From: Gemmatimonadales bacterium
GTDB taxonomy: Bacteria; Gemmatimonadota; Gemmatimonadetes; Gemmatimonadales; GWC2-71-9
Length of the DNA: 44,329 nucleotides
Direction of reading: 5' to 3'
NCBI GenBank assembly: GCA_035692845.1
Contig: DASSHL010000441.1
Span: 1 to 44,329, forward strand
The position numbers were made by a program, and so were the translations under genes. Position 1 is the stretch's first letter, and the number at the start of each line of letters is the position of its first letter. The notes under the pieces were generated by a model. The model made no database searches. It was given only the letters and a program-made list of their open reading frames with translations, and was not told the origin of the DNA. Below, in pieces: positions 33,986 through 42,139 of the stretch.

Positions 33986-35002
33986 TTACAACAGGTGCCG
34001 GATCGCGGAGGCCGCGTCTTCCGGCTTGCCACTACGGGCAGCCCGCTTGAAATCCTTCTCGAACTCCTTCACCGGGGTCCCGCGTTCGTCCGTCCGGGCC
34101 GTTGCCGGCAGGTCGGTCGGCGACTTGGGGGCCTTCTTGGACGCCGGCACCTTGCCGGCCTGAATGTCCGCCTGGAGCGCATCGAACTGGGCGGCCTTCC
34201 GGAGGATCACGTAGAGTTCCGGACGCTGCATTCCGGCCAGTTCCTGCTTCGTGATACCGAGCGGTTCGACCAGCTTGACGATCGCCTGCGCATCCGCCTT
34301 CATCGTCGCCTCGGTCTTCCAGTCGGGGATCAACTCGAGCAGGCGTTCCGCCGCCGCTGCACTGGCGGCCTCAGCCTGCAGGCGCTGGTTCTCTGCGACC
34401 TTGGCGTCCGCTTCCTTGCGGGCGTCGGCGAGCTTCTGCATCCGGCGCTCGTGGACCTGCCACTCGCCCAGGATCCGGGGAAACTCCTCGGGATGCTCCT
34501 TGCGGAGGGTATCCCAGTCCGGCTCCTGCGGCGTCACCGCCTTGATGGCGGTCTCGAGCTCCTGGAGGCGTTCCGCGTACTGCTGCTCCGCGGCGCGGAC
34601 CTTCGGCAGGTCCTCCGACTCGAACTTCTTGCGCTGTTCGGCCAGGGCCTGCGTCTTCCGGGTGTAGTCCGACTGCCGGAGATAGCCTTTGACGACTTCC
34701 TCCTCGTCGACCTCGTCCTCCCCGACCTTGAGCTTGCGCTTGGGCGCGGGAGCGGGTGCGTCGTCGAGTTCCTCGTCATCGTCTTCCTCGTCCGGCTGGG
34801 TCTCCTCCGGTTCCTCATCAACGTCCTCGTCCTCCTCATCGGCGGGCGGGGCCTTCGGCGTGGGGCTGCGATCCTGCGCCGACGTCGGCTTCGGTTCCGG
34901 GACCCGTGCTTCGGGGTCGATCATCAGATCGTCCGTCAACAGCTGGGCGATCAGGGACTGCGCGGAGGTGTCGGGGGACGTATCTCCAGTTCCTTCAAGC
35001 AT
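33986..35002 (-). CDS. scaffolding protein (338 aa)
   Basis: Very acidic and helical, with DEEDEDVDEEPEE runs, located between the portal and capsid genes. Confidence 0.65.
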   Translation of the reverse strand: MLEGTGDTSPDTSAQSLIAQLLTDDLMIDPEARVPEPKPTSAQDRSPTPKAPPADEEDEDVDEEPEETQPDEEDDDEELDDAPAPAPKRKLKVGEDEVDEEEVVKGYLRQSDYTRKTQALAEQRKKFESEDLPKVRAAEQQYAERLQELETAIKAVTPQEPDWDTLRKEHPEEFPRILGEWQVHERRMQKLADARKEADAKVAENQRLQAEAASAAAAERLLELIPDWKTEATMKADAQAIVKLVEPLGITKQELAGMQRPELYVILRKAAQFDALQADIQAGKVPASKKAPKSPTDLPATARTDERGTPVKEFEKDFKRAARSGKPEDAASAIRHLL

Positions 35003-35025
35003 TGCGTTCCTTTCGTGGAGAAGGC

Positions 35026-35304
35026 TCAGACCGTCTGTTGGGCCTTTTCGGCCCGCTGCAGCTCGATCTTCGCGTGTTCTCCGGCATCGACGATGATCCG
35101 CAGGGAGACCTGCAGCTTGTGCAGGGCCTGCAAGACCGCATGGGACTCCTCACGAGCAGCGACGGTCTTCGCCTGCTCCCACTCCTTGATCGTGCGCTCC
35201 CGCAGGTCGGCGAAAGCGGACTGAACGTGCTCGTCGGCCAGCAACCGGCGAACTCCCTCGCCGCGCTGGACCTTCTCCTCCAGGCTGCCGGCGTTATGCG
35301 CCAT
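35026..35304 (-). CDS. hypothetical helical protein (92 aa)
   Basis: ORF in the track; it overlaps the portal 3' end by 11 nt. Confidence 0.5.
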   Translation of the reverse strand: MAHNAGSLEEKVQRGEGVRRLLADEHVQSAFADLRERTIKEWEQAKTVAAREESHAVLQALHKLQVSLRIIVDAGEHAKIELQRAEKAQQTV

Positions 35305-37621
35305 CCGTCTCCTTGGGCTTCGGCTTCGCGTTCGTCGCGTGGATCTTGGCGGCGGTGTCCGCCACGATCTTCTCGTGCTGGAGGGCCGCGTCGGTCACGA
35401 TTGCGGTGCGCTTCGTCACCGTCTCGTCCTCCGCCTTGTGGCCCTCGATGAACGCCTGCATCTGCTGTTCGTTCAGGTCGCGCTGGTAACGCAGCTCGAG
35501 TTCCTTCTCCTTCAGGATGAACTCCTGGCGCAGCTTCTCCTGCGCCATCTCCTGCTCCATCTTGAACTGCTGCTGCTTCAGCAGGAGCTCCTGGTCCTTC
35601 CGCTGCTGGTCCGCCGTGGCGGCCTGCGCCTGGGACTGGAAGAGCGCGGCCTGAGCCTGCGCCACCACCATCGCCGGATCCGGCTTCTGCTGCGGCGGCT
35701 GGGCGGCGGCCTGCAGGATCTGCTTGGACTGCGCCTCCGACAGCTGCGAGAAATACTTGCTCGGGTCCGGCTCGCCGGAGAGTTGCGCCCACCGCGTCAG
35801 CGCGGCGGTGTACTGGGCCGGGCTCACGACCGGATTCGCCATGCCGGCGGTGCCGATGATCCCCTCCTGCCGGGCGAGGATCTTCTCGATCACCATCAGC
35901 TTCTGCTCCGGCAGTCCCCCGCCGAGCATCAGGCTCACCCGCACTTCGCAGTCGTCGTCCCAGGTCCGCGGGTCGGTCTCGATGAACCGGCCGTTCATCC
36001 GGACGATCTGCGGCTCGTCGCGGTACTGCTTCGCGAGCCGGTAGAGGCCCCGGAAGAGCGGCACCAGGATCTGCTCGGCATAGAACCGCCCCAGCATCTC
36101 CGTCCGGGCCTGGGCGGCAGTGAGCGTCGCGCCGACCGCCTTGTCCGAGGAGGACTGCAGGGCGTCCGCGTTGAGGCCCTGGGACTCCATATTGTGCCCG
36201 GTCCGCTCCTCGCGGATCCGCTTCATCCACTCCATCAGCGGGAAGAGATCCTTGCCGAGGTAGGAGTGGCGGTACTCCATGATCGAGTCGGCCGGCCGGT
36301 TGGTGGTCCGGATCACGGCGCCGATCTCGGTGTTCATGATGTCCGTCGGGTTGACGTACCCTTCCTGGTACGCCATCCGCGGGTGGATCGCGAGGCCCGC
36401 CGAGTCGAGGTTCGACCGCACGAGCGCGGTATCGACGCGCTGCAGGTCCCCCGTCAGGTCGGCGAGGCTCTGCCCCTCGATCGTGTGCGGCTCGGGATCC
36501 GGGGTCCAGCAGGCATATGGGATCTCATCGACCGCCGTGCCGAGGAAGGGAGACTTCTCGTCCCCGTCCGGGTCCCGCAGCACCTCGAACGCGTCCCCGG
36601 CCAGCCAGTACCGGCGCAGTTCGGCGATCCCGTCCCCGTCCTCGTCCAGCCGCGCGAAGGTGCGATAGAGCGTCACCTTCCAGGTGGAATCGTCGGCGAC
36701 CTTGGCGTCCTCGTTCGACGTCTGGTCCCGCGGCTGGCGGGCCAGGTTCTCCGGGTTGTCGAGCAACTGCTCGTCGCCGACGTACTTGAGGATCTCCTTC
36801 TTCGGGAAGCCCAGCTTGCAGGCTTCGCTGACGGTCATATCCTGTCGTTCGGCGACCATGATGGCGCTCTGGAACGACCGCGCCGTCCGGTTCCAGAGCA
36901 TGTTCTCCGGGGCGACCGCGCACCAGTCGATCTTCTGGCGGGTCGACCGACGGGTGATCGAACACCGGTACGTCGTCGGCGCGGGGGTGCCGTCCGGAAG
37001 CGGCGTGTCCGGCTGGGACTCGCCGATCACGGTGTACGTGACCTCGGGATCGGCCTTGAGGAGCGCGATCGCCTCCGCGGTCAGGCCCTCCTGCTCATAG
37101 GTCTGGGTGACCGTCTCCGGCTGCGCCCACCACTTCACGAAGCCCAGCCGGCGCACGAGACCGTCCTTGGCCGAGGCGTTCACCTCGAGGATGGCGTTCG
37201 GCTTGTCGGCGAAGAGGTGCGTGACGTAGTCGCTCTGCTGCTCCGCCTGGGCGGCCAGTTCCGGCCGCTTCGGGATGAACTCGACGGCGCGCTCGGTCCC
37301 GAAGAACATCCGGAGGAACGACGGCATCACCGCGAGCACGGAATCCCGGACCGTCGACATCACGATCTGGGACCGGCCCTCCTCCTCGTTCCCGAGGCGC
37401 TCGGCCTTGTACAGTTCGGTCGACCGGGCGCGGGTCGGCGAGACCTCCTCGTCGATGTAGTTGACCGCCGTCTGGACGAGGTCGCGGAGCGAGGTCCGGA
37501 TGGACTCCTCGTCCGGCGCGTCGGCGGTCGCGGCGCCGGCGACGCGGGAAACCCCCGCCGTCGTCACGACCGCCGCGGGCTCCGGCGTGGTCCGCCGCGT
37601 CCGAGGGCGCGGGCGCGCCAC
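35294..37621 (-). CDS. portal protein (775 aa) with a long C-terminal helical barrel
   Basis: Assigned on size and position after TerL. The Gln/Ala-rich coiled C-terminus resembles large podovirus portals. Confidence 0.7.
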   Translation of the reverse strand: MARPRPRTRRTTPEPAAVVTTAGVSRVAGAATADAPDEESIRTSLRDLVQTAVNYIDEEVSPTRARSTELYKAERLGNEEEGRSQIVMSTVRDSVLAVMPSFLRMFFGTERAVEFIPKRPELAAQAEQQSDYVTHLFADKPNAILEVNASAKDGLVRRLGFVKWWAQPETVTQTYEQEGLTAEAIALLKADPEVTYTVIGESQPDTPLPDGTPAPTTYRCSITRRSTRQKIDWCAVAPENMLWNRTARSFQSAIMVAERQDMTVSEACKLGFPKKEILKYVGDEQLLDNPENLARQPRDQTSNEDAKVADDSTWKVTLYRTFARLDEDGDGIAELRRYWLAGDAFEVLRDPDGDEKSPFLGTAVDEIPYACWTPDPEPHTIEGQSLADLTGDLQRVDTALVRSNLDSAGLAIHPRMAYQEGYVNPTDIMNTEIGAVIRTTNRPADSIMEYRHSYLGKDLFPLMEWMKRIREERTGHNMESQGLNADALQSSSDKAVGATLTAAQARTEMLGRFYAEQILVPLFRGLYRLAKQYRDEPQIVRMNGRFIETDPRTWDDDCEVRVSLMLGGGLPEQKLMVIEKILARQEGIIGTAGMANPVVSPAQYTAALTRWAQLSGEPDPSKYFSQLSEAQSKQILQAAAQPPQQKPDPAMVVAQAQAALFQSQAQAATADQQRKDQELLLKQQQFKMEQEMAQEKLRQEFILKEKELELRYQRDLNEQQMQAFIEGHKAEDETVTKRTAIVTDAALQHEKIVADTAAKIHATNAKPKPKETDGA

Positions 37622-38104
37622 TTAGTCGAGCGTCGCCAGGTTGAGCATGTTGCTCAGGTGCGACAGCGCCTCGCTGTTCAGCTGGACGAAGTCCTGCAGG
37701 TTGTCCAGGGCCTCCTTGAAGTCCCCGGTCCCGCTGCCCATCACCGTCGAGGTCCACGAGGCGTTGGTCTGCGTCTCGGTGGTCCGGAACTCGTTCCCGA
37801 CCGTCCCCTTGAGCTTCGCCTGGATGACGGTGTGCGTCCCGTCACTCGAGACCGCCCGGACGAGCGGATGGATCGTGGTCGCCGCGGCGACGGTGACCCC
37901 GTCGGCGACGCCGTTGATCGCGTTCAGGAGGTTCAGGTGGGAGGCCGTCTGGTCCGCCCCGATCAGGAAGTGGCCGTCGACGTTGGTCAGCGAGGTCTGG
38001 GAGGTGTAGACCTTGCCGCAGATCGTGACGGTCTGGGTATCGGTGAACACCCCCGTGGAGGTCAGGGTGGATGTGGCGGGGACAAGGGCGGGCAGGGTGG
38101 CCAT
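37622..38104 (-). CDS. hypothetical structural protein (160 aa) between terL and portal
   Basis: It has its own GAAGGAG Shine-Dalgarno and is Thr/Ser-rich and beta-type. Confidence 0.55.
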   Translation of the reverse strand: MATLPALVPATSTLTSTGVFTDTQTVTICGKVYTSQTSLTNVDGHFLIGADQTASHLNLLNAINGVADGVTVAAATTIHPLVRAVSSDGTHTVIQAKLKGTVGNEFRTTETQTNASWTSTVMGSGTGDFKEALDNLQDFVQLNSEALSHLSNMLNLATLD

Positions 38105-38167
38105 CAGGACGCTCCTTCAGCGGTCGTGCGGTGAGGGGCGCCCGGGTGGCGCGCCGTGAGATGTGTC

Positions 38168-38197
38168 AAAATAACACAGTCCCTGCCGGGGCGGCAG
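38168..38197 (-). terminator. weak intrinsic-terminator-like hairpin after terL
   Basis: The minus strand reads CTGCC-GCCCC-GGCAG followed by GGACTGTGTTATTTT. The stem is only 5 bp. A TTGACA hexamer follows at 38164-38169. Confidence 0.25.
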
Positions 38198-38202
38198 TGC
38201 GG

Positions 38203-39624
38203 TCAGACGATGCCTTTGATCCCCCGGCGGAGCGGGGTGTTCCAGGCGGCCGAGCCGGCGCTTCCATGCAGCGTCGTCGCTGCGGTGCTGGCGAAGGTCA
38301 GCACGAGGGCGTCGGCGAGGTCCGGCGAGGCGTAGCCGCGCCGCTTCACCTCGTCCTTCGATTCAACCTGGAACTTGGCCGTGCGGCTGAACTTGTAGCG
38401 CAGGAGCGCCAGTTCCGCCCCCAGCGACCCGGCACTGTCGTCGGGTACATCCGGCGGCAGTTGGCAGTCCTGGCGGGTGAAGAACTCCTTCGCCTTGAAC
38501 CAGAGCTCGGCGCGGAGGTTGACGTAGTGGTCCGTAAGGGCCGCGGCCTCCGAGACGTTGATCCCGCGCGCCGGCAGGCCGAGCTGCCGCAGGCGGTCCA
38601 CCACCCCGGCGCCGAGCCCGATCGAGTCGATGAGGATGTCGACCGGCCGGTCCTGCACTGCGGTGCCGTCGAACTCCGCCTTCACGAGCGCCGAGAGTTG
38701 CATCAAGTCCTTGTCCCGCCAGGCGACCGGCTTCGCCACGACCGTACCGCGGCGCTTGACGAGAGCGGAGCGGTCGCCGCCGTAGCGGGCCACGTCCAGC
38801 CCCCAGATGACCGGCGCCTGGGGATTCGGCGTGATGTCGCGCATCTGGCTCGAGGCGACGAGCTCGTAGGGGATAATCGTGTCGTTGTCGGCCCGCGGGA
38901 ACTCGCCCTGGACGCGCACCCGGTAGCCGTTCGACTCCGGGCCGTACCGGCGCTTCATATCCTCGACGAAGTCCGGCGCCACCCGGCGGCAGGTCTCGCC
39001 GTTGACGACCAGCGTGAACCAGAGGTCCTTCAGCTTGTGGTGGGTGTCGAAGAACAGTCCTGCCGTTCGGACAGGATTTCCTGCCAGAATGGTCGTCGCG
39101 TTCTGGCCCGACATCGAGCCGGAGGCCGACTCGTAGATGATTTCGTGAATGCCGCTCGCCTCGTCGGCGATGAGCAGGACAGACCCGTCGTCGCAGTGAA
39201 CGCCGGCCAGGGCCTCGGGGGATTCCGGCCGGCTCACCGTGGCGGAGATGAACGACTCGCTCGGGGCGGACTTCTGGACGATCCGCTCACTCGTCACCTC
39301 GAACATCGCCCGGACGTAGTCGGGGCACTTCGAGAGCCACTTCCCGATCTCCGGCCAGAGCACGTTGAACAACTGCTTCGACGTCGGCGCGGTGATGGCG
39401 GTCTTCTGGGGGTACTCGGTGATCAGGTGGTGAATCGTGATCCAGGCGAGGCAGGCGGTCTTCCCGACGCCGTGGCCGGAGCGCACCGACAGCCGGCGCT
39501 CGTAGCGCCCGTAGGCCCGGAGCAACTCCCGCTGCCAGGGATCAATTTCAACAGGGCGCCTCGGCCCATTCGGGTCCTTGGGGTCTTCCGGCTCGGTCAT
39601 CCCGCGGAGGAGGATCTCCTCCAC
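38203..39624 (-). CDS. terL: terminase large subunit
   Basis: Walker A SGHGVGKT, Walker B LLIADEAS, and nuclease motif VIWGLDVARYGGDRSAL. The frame stays open and protein-like upstream as far as 39777, with a possible CTG start at 39720. Confidence 0.85.
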   Translation of the reverse strand: MEEILLRGMTEPEDPKDPNGPRRPVEIDPWQRELLRAYGRYERRLSVRSGHGVGKTACLAWITIHHLITEYPQKTAITAPTSKQLFNVLWPEIGKWLSKCPDYVRAMFEVTSERIVQKSAPSESFISATVSRPESPEALAGVHCDDGSVLLIADEASGIHEIIYESASGSMSGQNATTILAGNPVRTAGLFFDTHHKLKDLWFTLVVNGETCRRVAPDFVEDMKRRYGPESNGYRVRVQGEFPRADNDTIIPYELVASSQMRDITPNPQAPVIWGLDVARYGGDRSALVKRRGTVVAKPVAWRDKDLMQLSALVKAEFDGTAVQDRPVDILIDSIGLGAGVVDRLRQLGLPARGINVSEAAALTDHYVNLRAELWFKAKEFFTRQDCQLPPDVPDDSAGSLGAELALLRYKFSRTAKFQVESKDEVKRRGYASPDLADALVLTFASTAATTLHGSAGSAAWNTPLRRGIKGIV

Positions 39625-39817
39625 GAAGAGTTCCGGCCCCCGCTCGCGGTTGGGGCCGTTCCGGGCGTACCGGTCGAGGAAGACCCGGAACTGGGCGACG
39701 GGGGGCGTAGTCCCTGTCAGGCGGTTCTCCCCTCTCGAGTTGGTTCCAGAACGGCCTCCGTTCGTCCCTGGCGGGGGTCAGGACGGCACGACGGGCGTCG
39801 CGCCTCTCCCAGGACCA

Positions 39818-39886
39818 CCCCAAAAATTTTTCCGGCCTGCTCGATCCTGGCGCCTCGTGTTTCGGCGCGGATCCCAAAATTTTTCC
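39818..39886. promoter_or_regulatory. two CCC(C)AAAA(A)TTTTTCC boxes flanking a 10-bp bulged hairpin
   Basis: The boxes are at 39818-39833 and 39873-39886. The hairpin spans 39843-39873 (GATCC..GCGCC / GGCGC GGATC). Confidence 0.4.
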
Positions 39887-39967
39887 AGTTATGTCCTGAT
39901 TTGGGCACTCAACCCCTGGGCTCAGCGCGACGGGTATGGGACCCAAAGGGAGGGGGGGGCTTTCGCA

Positions 39968-39992
39968 TAAGTCATTGCGGCACAACGACTTA
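39968..39992. promoter_or_regulatory. inverted repeat TAAGTCATT-N7-AACGACTTA
   Basis: The arms are 9 bp with 1 mismatch. The half-site TAAGTC(G/A)TT recurs at 40065-40073, 40910-40918, 40975-40983 and 41242-41250. Confidence 0.45.
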
Positions 39993-40009
39993 GCCCCTAT
40001 CCGACCTGC

Positions 40010-40633
40010 CTACTTAACATAATGCCTATTATCCGACACTGGCACGGCTAACTCTATGTCGGACAATGACTTAGACTCTTCGAGCAGTGGCGTAGTGATA
40101 ACCGTCTCCCCGGTCGGCACTGCCGGACTTGGCAAGCTCTTGCGTTCCGCATGAGCGGCCAAGTGTATGTCACTAAAGGAGATCGACACGCTCGGCGCGC
40201 TCGTCGTGCCGTAGGTATTGCGATTGTACACACCCGCTAGCCATTTGCGCCAGTTCGCCCGCGACGCGGCGAGCGAGCTCTCCCTAACCGTCGCTGTATC
40301 AAGGAGTTGCGTTGCTTCGTCCACGAGGAAGTCGGCGGTAGATTCGCGTGCGATGCGTGTCATTTCGACACGCTCCGGCGAGTTGGCTAGCCAGTCGGCC
40401 AGCGTCGGGCGACTGACCCCGGCGAGCCGCGCCAGCTCCGTCACGTTCGGCGCGTAGCGCCGCGACCCCATCCCGTCCGGGAAGTCGGTATCGACGCATC
40501 CCCCCTTGAGCCAGAAGAGGCAGAAGTCAAAGGCGGCGGTCTCCGGGTCGTCCCCCGGCTCGACTAGGCCGAACGCCCGAGCGTGGGCCAGAAGCTCCCT
40601 CACCATCCGGCGGATCGTCGGTTTACGGGCCAT
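40010..40633 (-). CDS. terminase small subunit-like HTH protein
   Basis: HTH NVTELARLAGVSRPTLADWL followed by RIARESTADFLVDEATQLLD, located upstream of terL. Confidence 0.55.
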   Translation of the reverse strand: MARKPTIRRMVRELLAHARAFGLVEPGDDPETAAFDFCLFWLKGGCVDTDFPDGMGSRRYAPNVTELARLAGVSRPTLADWLANSPERVEMTRIARESTADFLVDEATQLLDTATVRESSLAASRANWRKWLAGVYNRNTYGTTSAPSVSISFSDIHLAAHAERKSLPSPAVPTGETVITTPLLEESKSLSDIELAVPVSDNRHYVK

Positions 40634-40871
40634 GCGGAGCCCCGTAAGCGATCCCCGACCAACGCTCTTGCTCCCTCGCGGCCCAAGCCTCTGCCGCCTC
40701 TTTCTGCCGTGCTACCCGTCGTTCCTTCCTTCGGGCGTCACGACACGTAGCGCAGAAGAAACCGCCCGCCTGGGCCAGCCATCCGCCGTCGTGTCCTGCA
40801 CGGCAGGTGCGGCCTAGTGTCAATCGCGGCAAGATCGGCGGGCGTCCCATAGTGGAGCAAGATAGCCGCAT
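40623..40871 (-). CDS. possible first late-arm gene (82 aa or shorter)
   Basis: ORF in the track with C..H...C..C and a basic helix, but no clear Shine-Dalgarno at either ATG. Confidence 0.3.
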   Translation of the reverse strand: MRLSCSTMGRPPILPRLTLGRTCRAGHDGGWLAQAGGFFCATCRDARRKERRVARQKEAAEAWAAREQERWSGIAYGAPHGP

Positions 40872-40897
40872 AGGGGGCGCTTTTGTACCTATTGCCT

Positions 40898-41016
40898 GCC
40901 GGGAGGGATTAAGTCGTTGCTATGAAAGGATTTACGTTTTTCGGGAGGGATCGGGAGGTCAAGCCGGGAGGGATTAAGTCGTTGAACGGCAAGGGTTTAC
41001 GCGAAAGAGGAGGGAT
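40898..41016. repeat. iteron-like cluster
   Basis: The 22-bp GCCGGGAGGGATTAAGTCGTTG occurs twice (40898-40919 and 40963-40984, 65-bp period), each followed by AGG(A/G)TTTACG. GGGAGGGAT-type cores lie at 40901, 40943, 40953 (variant), 40966 and 41009. Confidence 0.6.
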
Positions 41017-41055
41017 TTCGGCGTCCCCCGCATCCCCCTATATATGCGTATTTTT

Positions 41056-41073
41056 GTACCTACTGTTAGGTAC
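41056..41073. promoter_or_regulatory. palindrome GTACCTA-ctgt-TAGGTAC in an A+T-rich tract
   Basis: The 7-bp arms are perfect. The left half, TTTTGTACCTA, also occurs at 40881-40891. Confidence 0.4.
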
Positions 41074-41303
41074 AATTAATTGCCTTACGGGGAACCGGAA
41101 AAAGAAGCCTCCTTTCCCTCCTTCTCATTCCCTGTGCGGGTTTGTGGCCTCCCTATATGCCTCCCGGACGCATATGATCCCTCCACGTATAACTACGGAG
41201 TTTGGGCAGTACGGAAATTGTTACAATTGGGGTACTGGCGGAACGACTTAGTATAGCCTATACTAGTTGCACGACAGCCTAGCGGTATTACCCAAGCTAA
41301 GGG

Positions 41304-41480
41304 ATGGACCCCATGTTGATTCGGTACCTCTACTCCTATCTCCCCCGTTGTGCCTACACACTACAGTCCCCGGCGATCTATGCTGATGTCCTGACCGACG
41401 ACGCCGAAAGGTGGGTCGGAGCCGTTCCCGGACTGTGGGTCTACTACCTCCCCCTCCCCTATCTGGCAGGTGCCAAGTGA
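41304..41480 (+). CDS. first early small ORF (58 aa; alternative ATG at 41313)
   Basis: Ends in AGAK* within the GGTGCCAAGTGA junction. Confidence 0.4.
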   Translation: MDPMLIRYLYSYLPRCAYTLQSPAIYADVLTDDAERWVGAVPGLWVYYLPLPYLAGAK

Positions 41481-41545
41481 CGACTTACGACCGTGCTCTC
41501 CTGAACGCCATCCTCCAAGCGCTCGGCGCGATGTGGGGGGCGTGA
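41477..41545 (+). CDS. possible micro-ORF (22 aa)
   Basis: GTGA overlap upstream and TGATG overlap downstream. Confidence 0.25.
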   Translation: MTTYDRALLNAILQALGAMWGA

Positions 41546-41709
41546 TGCACACCGGAACCCTTCGCACAGCCTACGGATGGACGTTCATCCTGAACGGCCG
41601 CTATTCCTCCGGCCACTACCGCACCCGCGCCGTCGCCCGTCAGCGCTTGGCCTATCACAAGGCCAACCTTACGCCCGACTACTTCGGCAAGGTCGGAGGT
41701 GCCCAGTGA
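41545..41709 (+). CDS. hypothetical small protein (54 aa)
   Basis: Ends in GGAQ* within the GGAGGTGCCCAGTGA junction. Confidence 0.45.
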   Translation: MHTGTLRTAYGWTFILNGRYSSGHYRTRAVARQRLAYHKANLTPDYFGKVGGAQ

Positions 41710-41924
41710 TCGCCACCCGCCTCTACCCGTCCGGCGCTTGGGAAGTCTCGGACATCATCGGGGACCGCCACGTCCGGAGCACCTACTACGGCTACACCCG
41801 CCGGGAAGCTCTGGCGCTGTTCGCAGAAGAGCATGACGGCCTGTACCTCGCCGCAGTAGACGACGAGATCGACGCCGCCGAAGCAAGTGCCACTGACAGT
41901 CTGCTAGATGGAGGTGCCCCGTGA
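41706..41924 (+). CDS. hypothetical small protein (72 aa)
   Basis: GTGA overlaps on both sides, with an acidic C-terminus. Confidence 0.5.
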   Translation: MIATRLYPSGAWEVSDIIGDRHVRSTYYGYTRREALALFAEEHDGLYLAAVDDEIDAAEASATDSLLDGGAP

Positions 41925-42139
41925 CCCGCGCTCTCCTGTTCCTGGCTCTCGCGTTGGCGGGATGCACCTACGCCACCGCCCCGGCCCCCTACTGCATCGT
42001 GCTCCGCGGCCCGCCCCTGATGCCGGGTGGACCCGACGTGATCGCCTGCGAGTGCTCAAGCGGTGCCCGCATCCCCGACGTATGCGGGGGCGGGATCGCC
42101 CCGACGGATTCCACCTATCGCCCGGAAGGTGCCAAGTGA
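41921..42139 (+). CDS. small Cys-rich lipoprotein (72 aa)
   Basis: Signal peptide plus lipobox MTRALLFLALALAG-C15, with five further Cys residues in the mature part. Confidence 0.6.
   Translation: MTRALLFLALALAGCTYATAPAPYCIVLRGPPLMPGGPDVIACECSSGARIPDVCGGGIAPTDSTYRPEGAK

Noticed and set aside
39548-39985. 145-aa and 63-aa minus-strand ORFs in the terS-terL spacer.
   Set aside because: They are Pro/Arg/Gly-rich shadow translations with no Shine-Dalgarno, and they overlap the more plausible terL N-terminal extension frame.
40922-41251. A 109-aa + ORF in the divergent region.
   Set aside because: It lies entirely in the repeat-rich, A+T-richer intergenic tract, has no Shine-Dalgarno, and its odd composition is dictated by the iterons. 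It is more likely non-coding.
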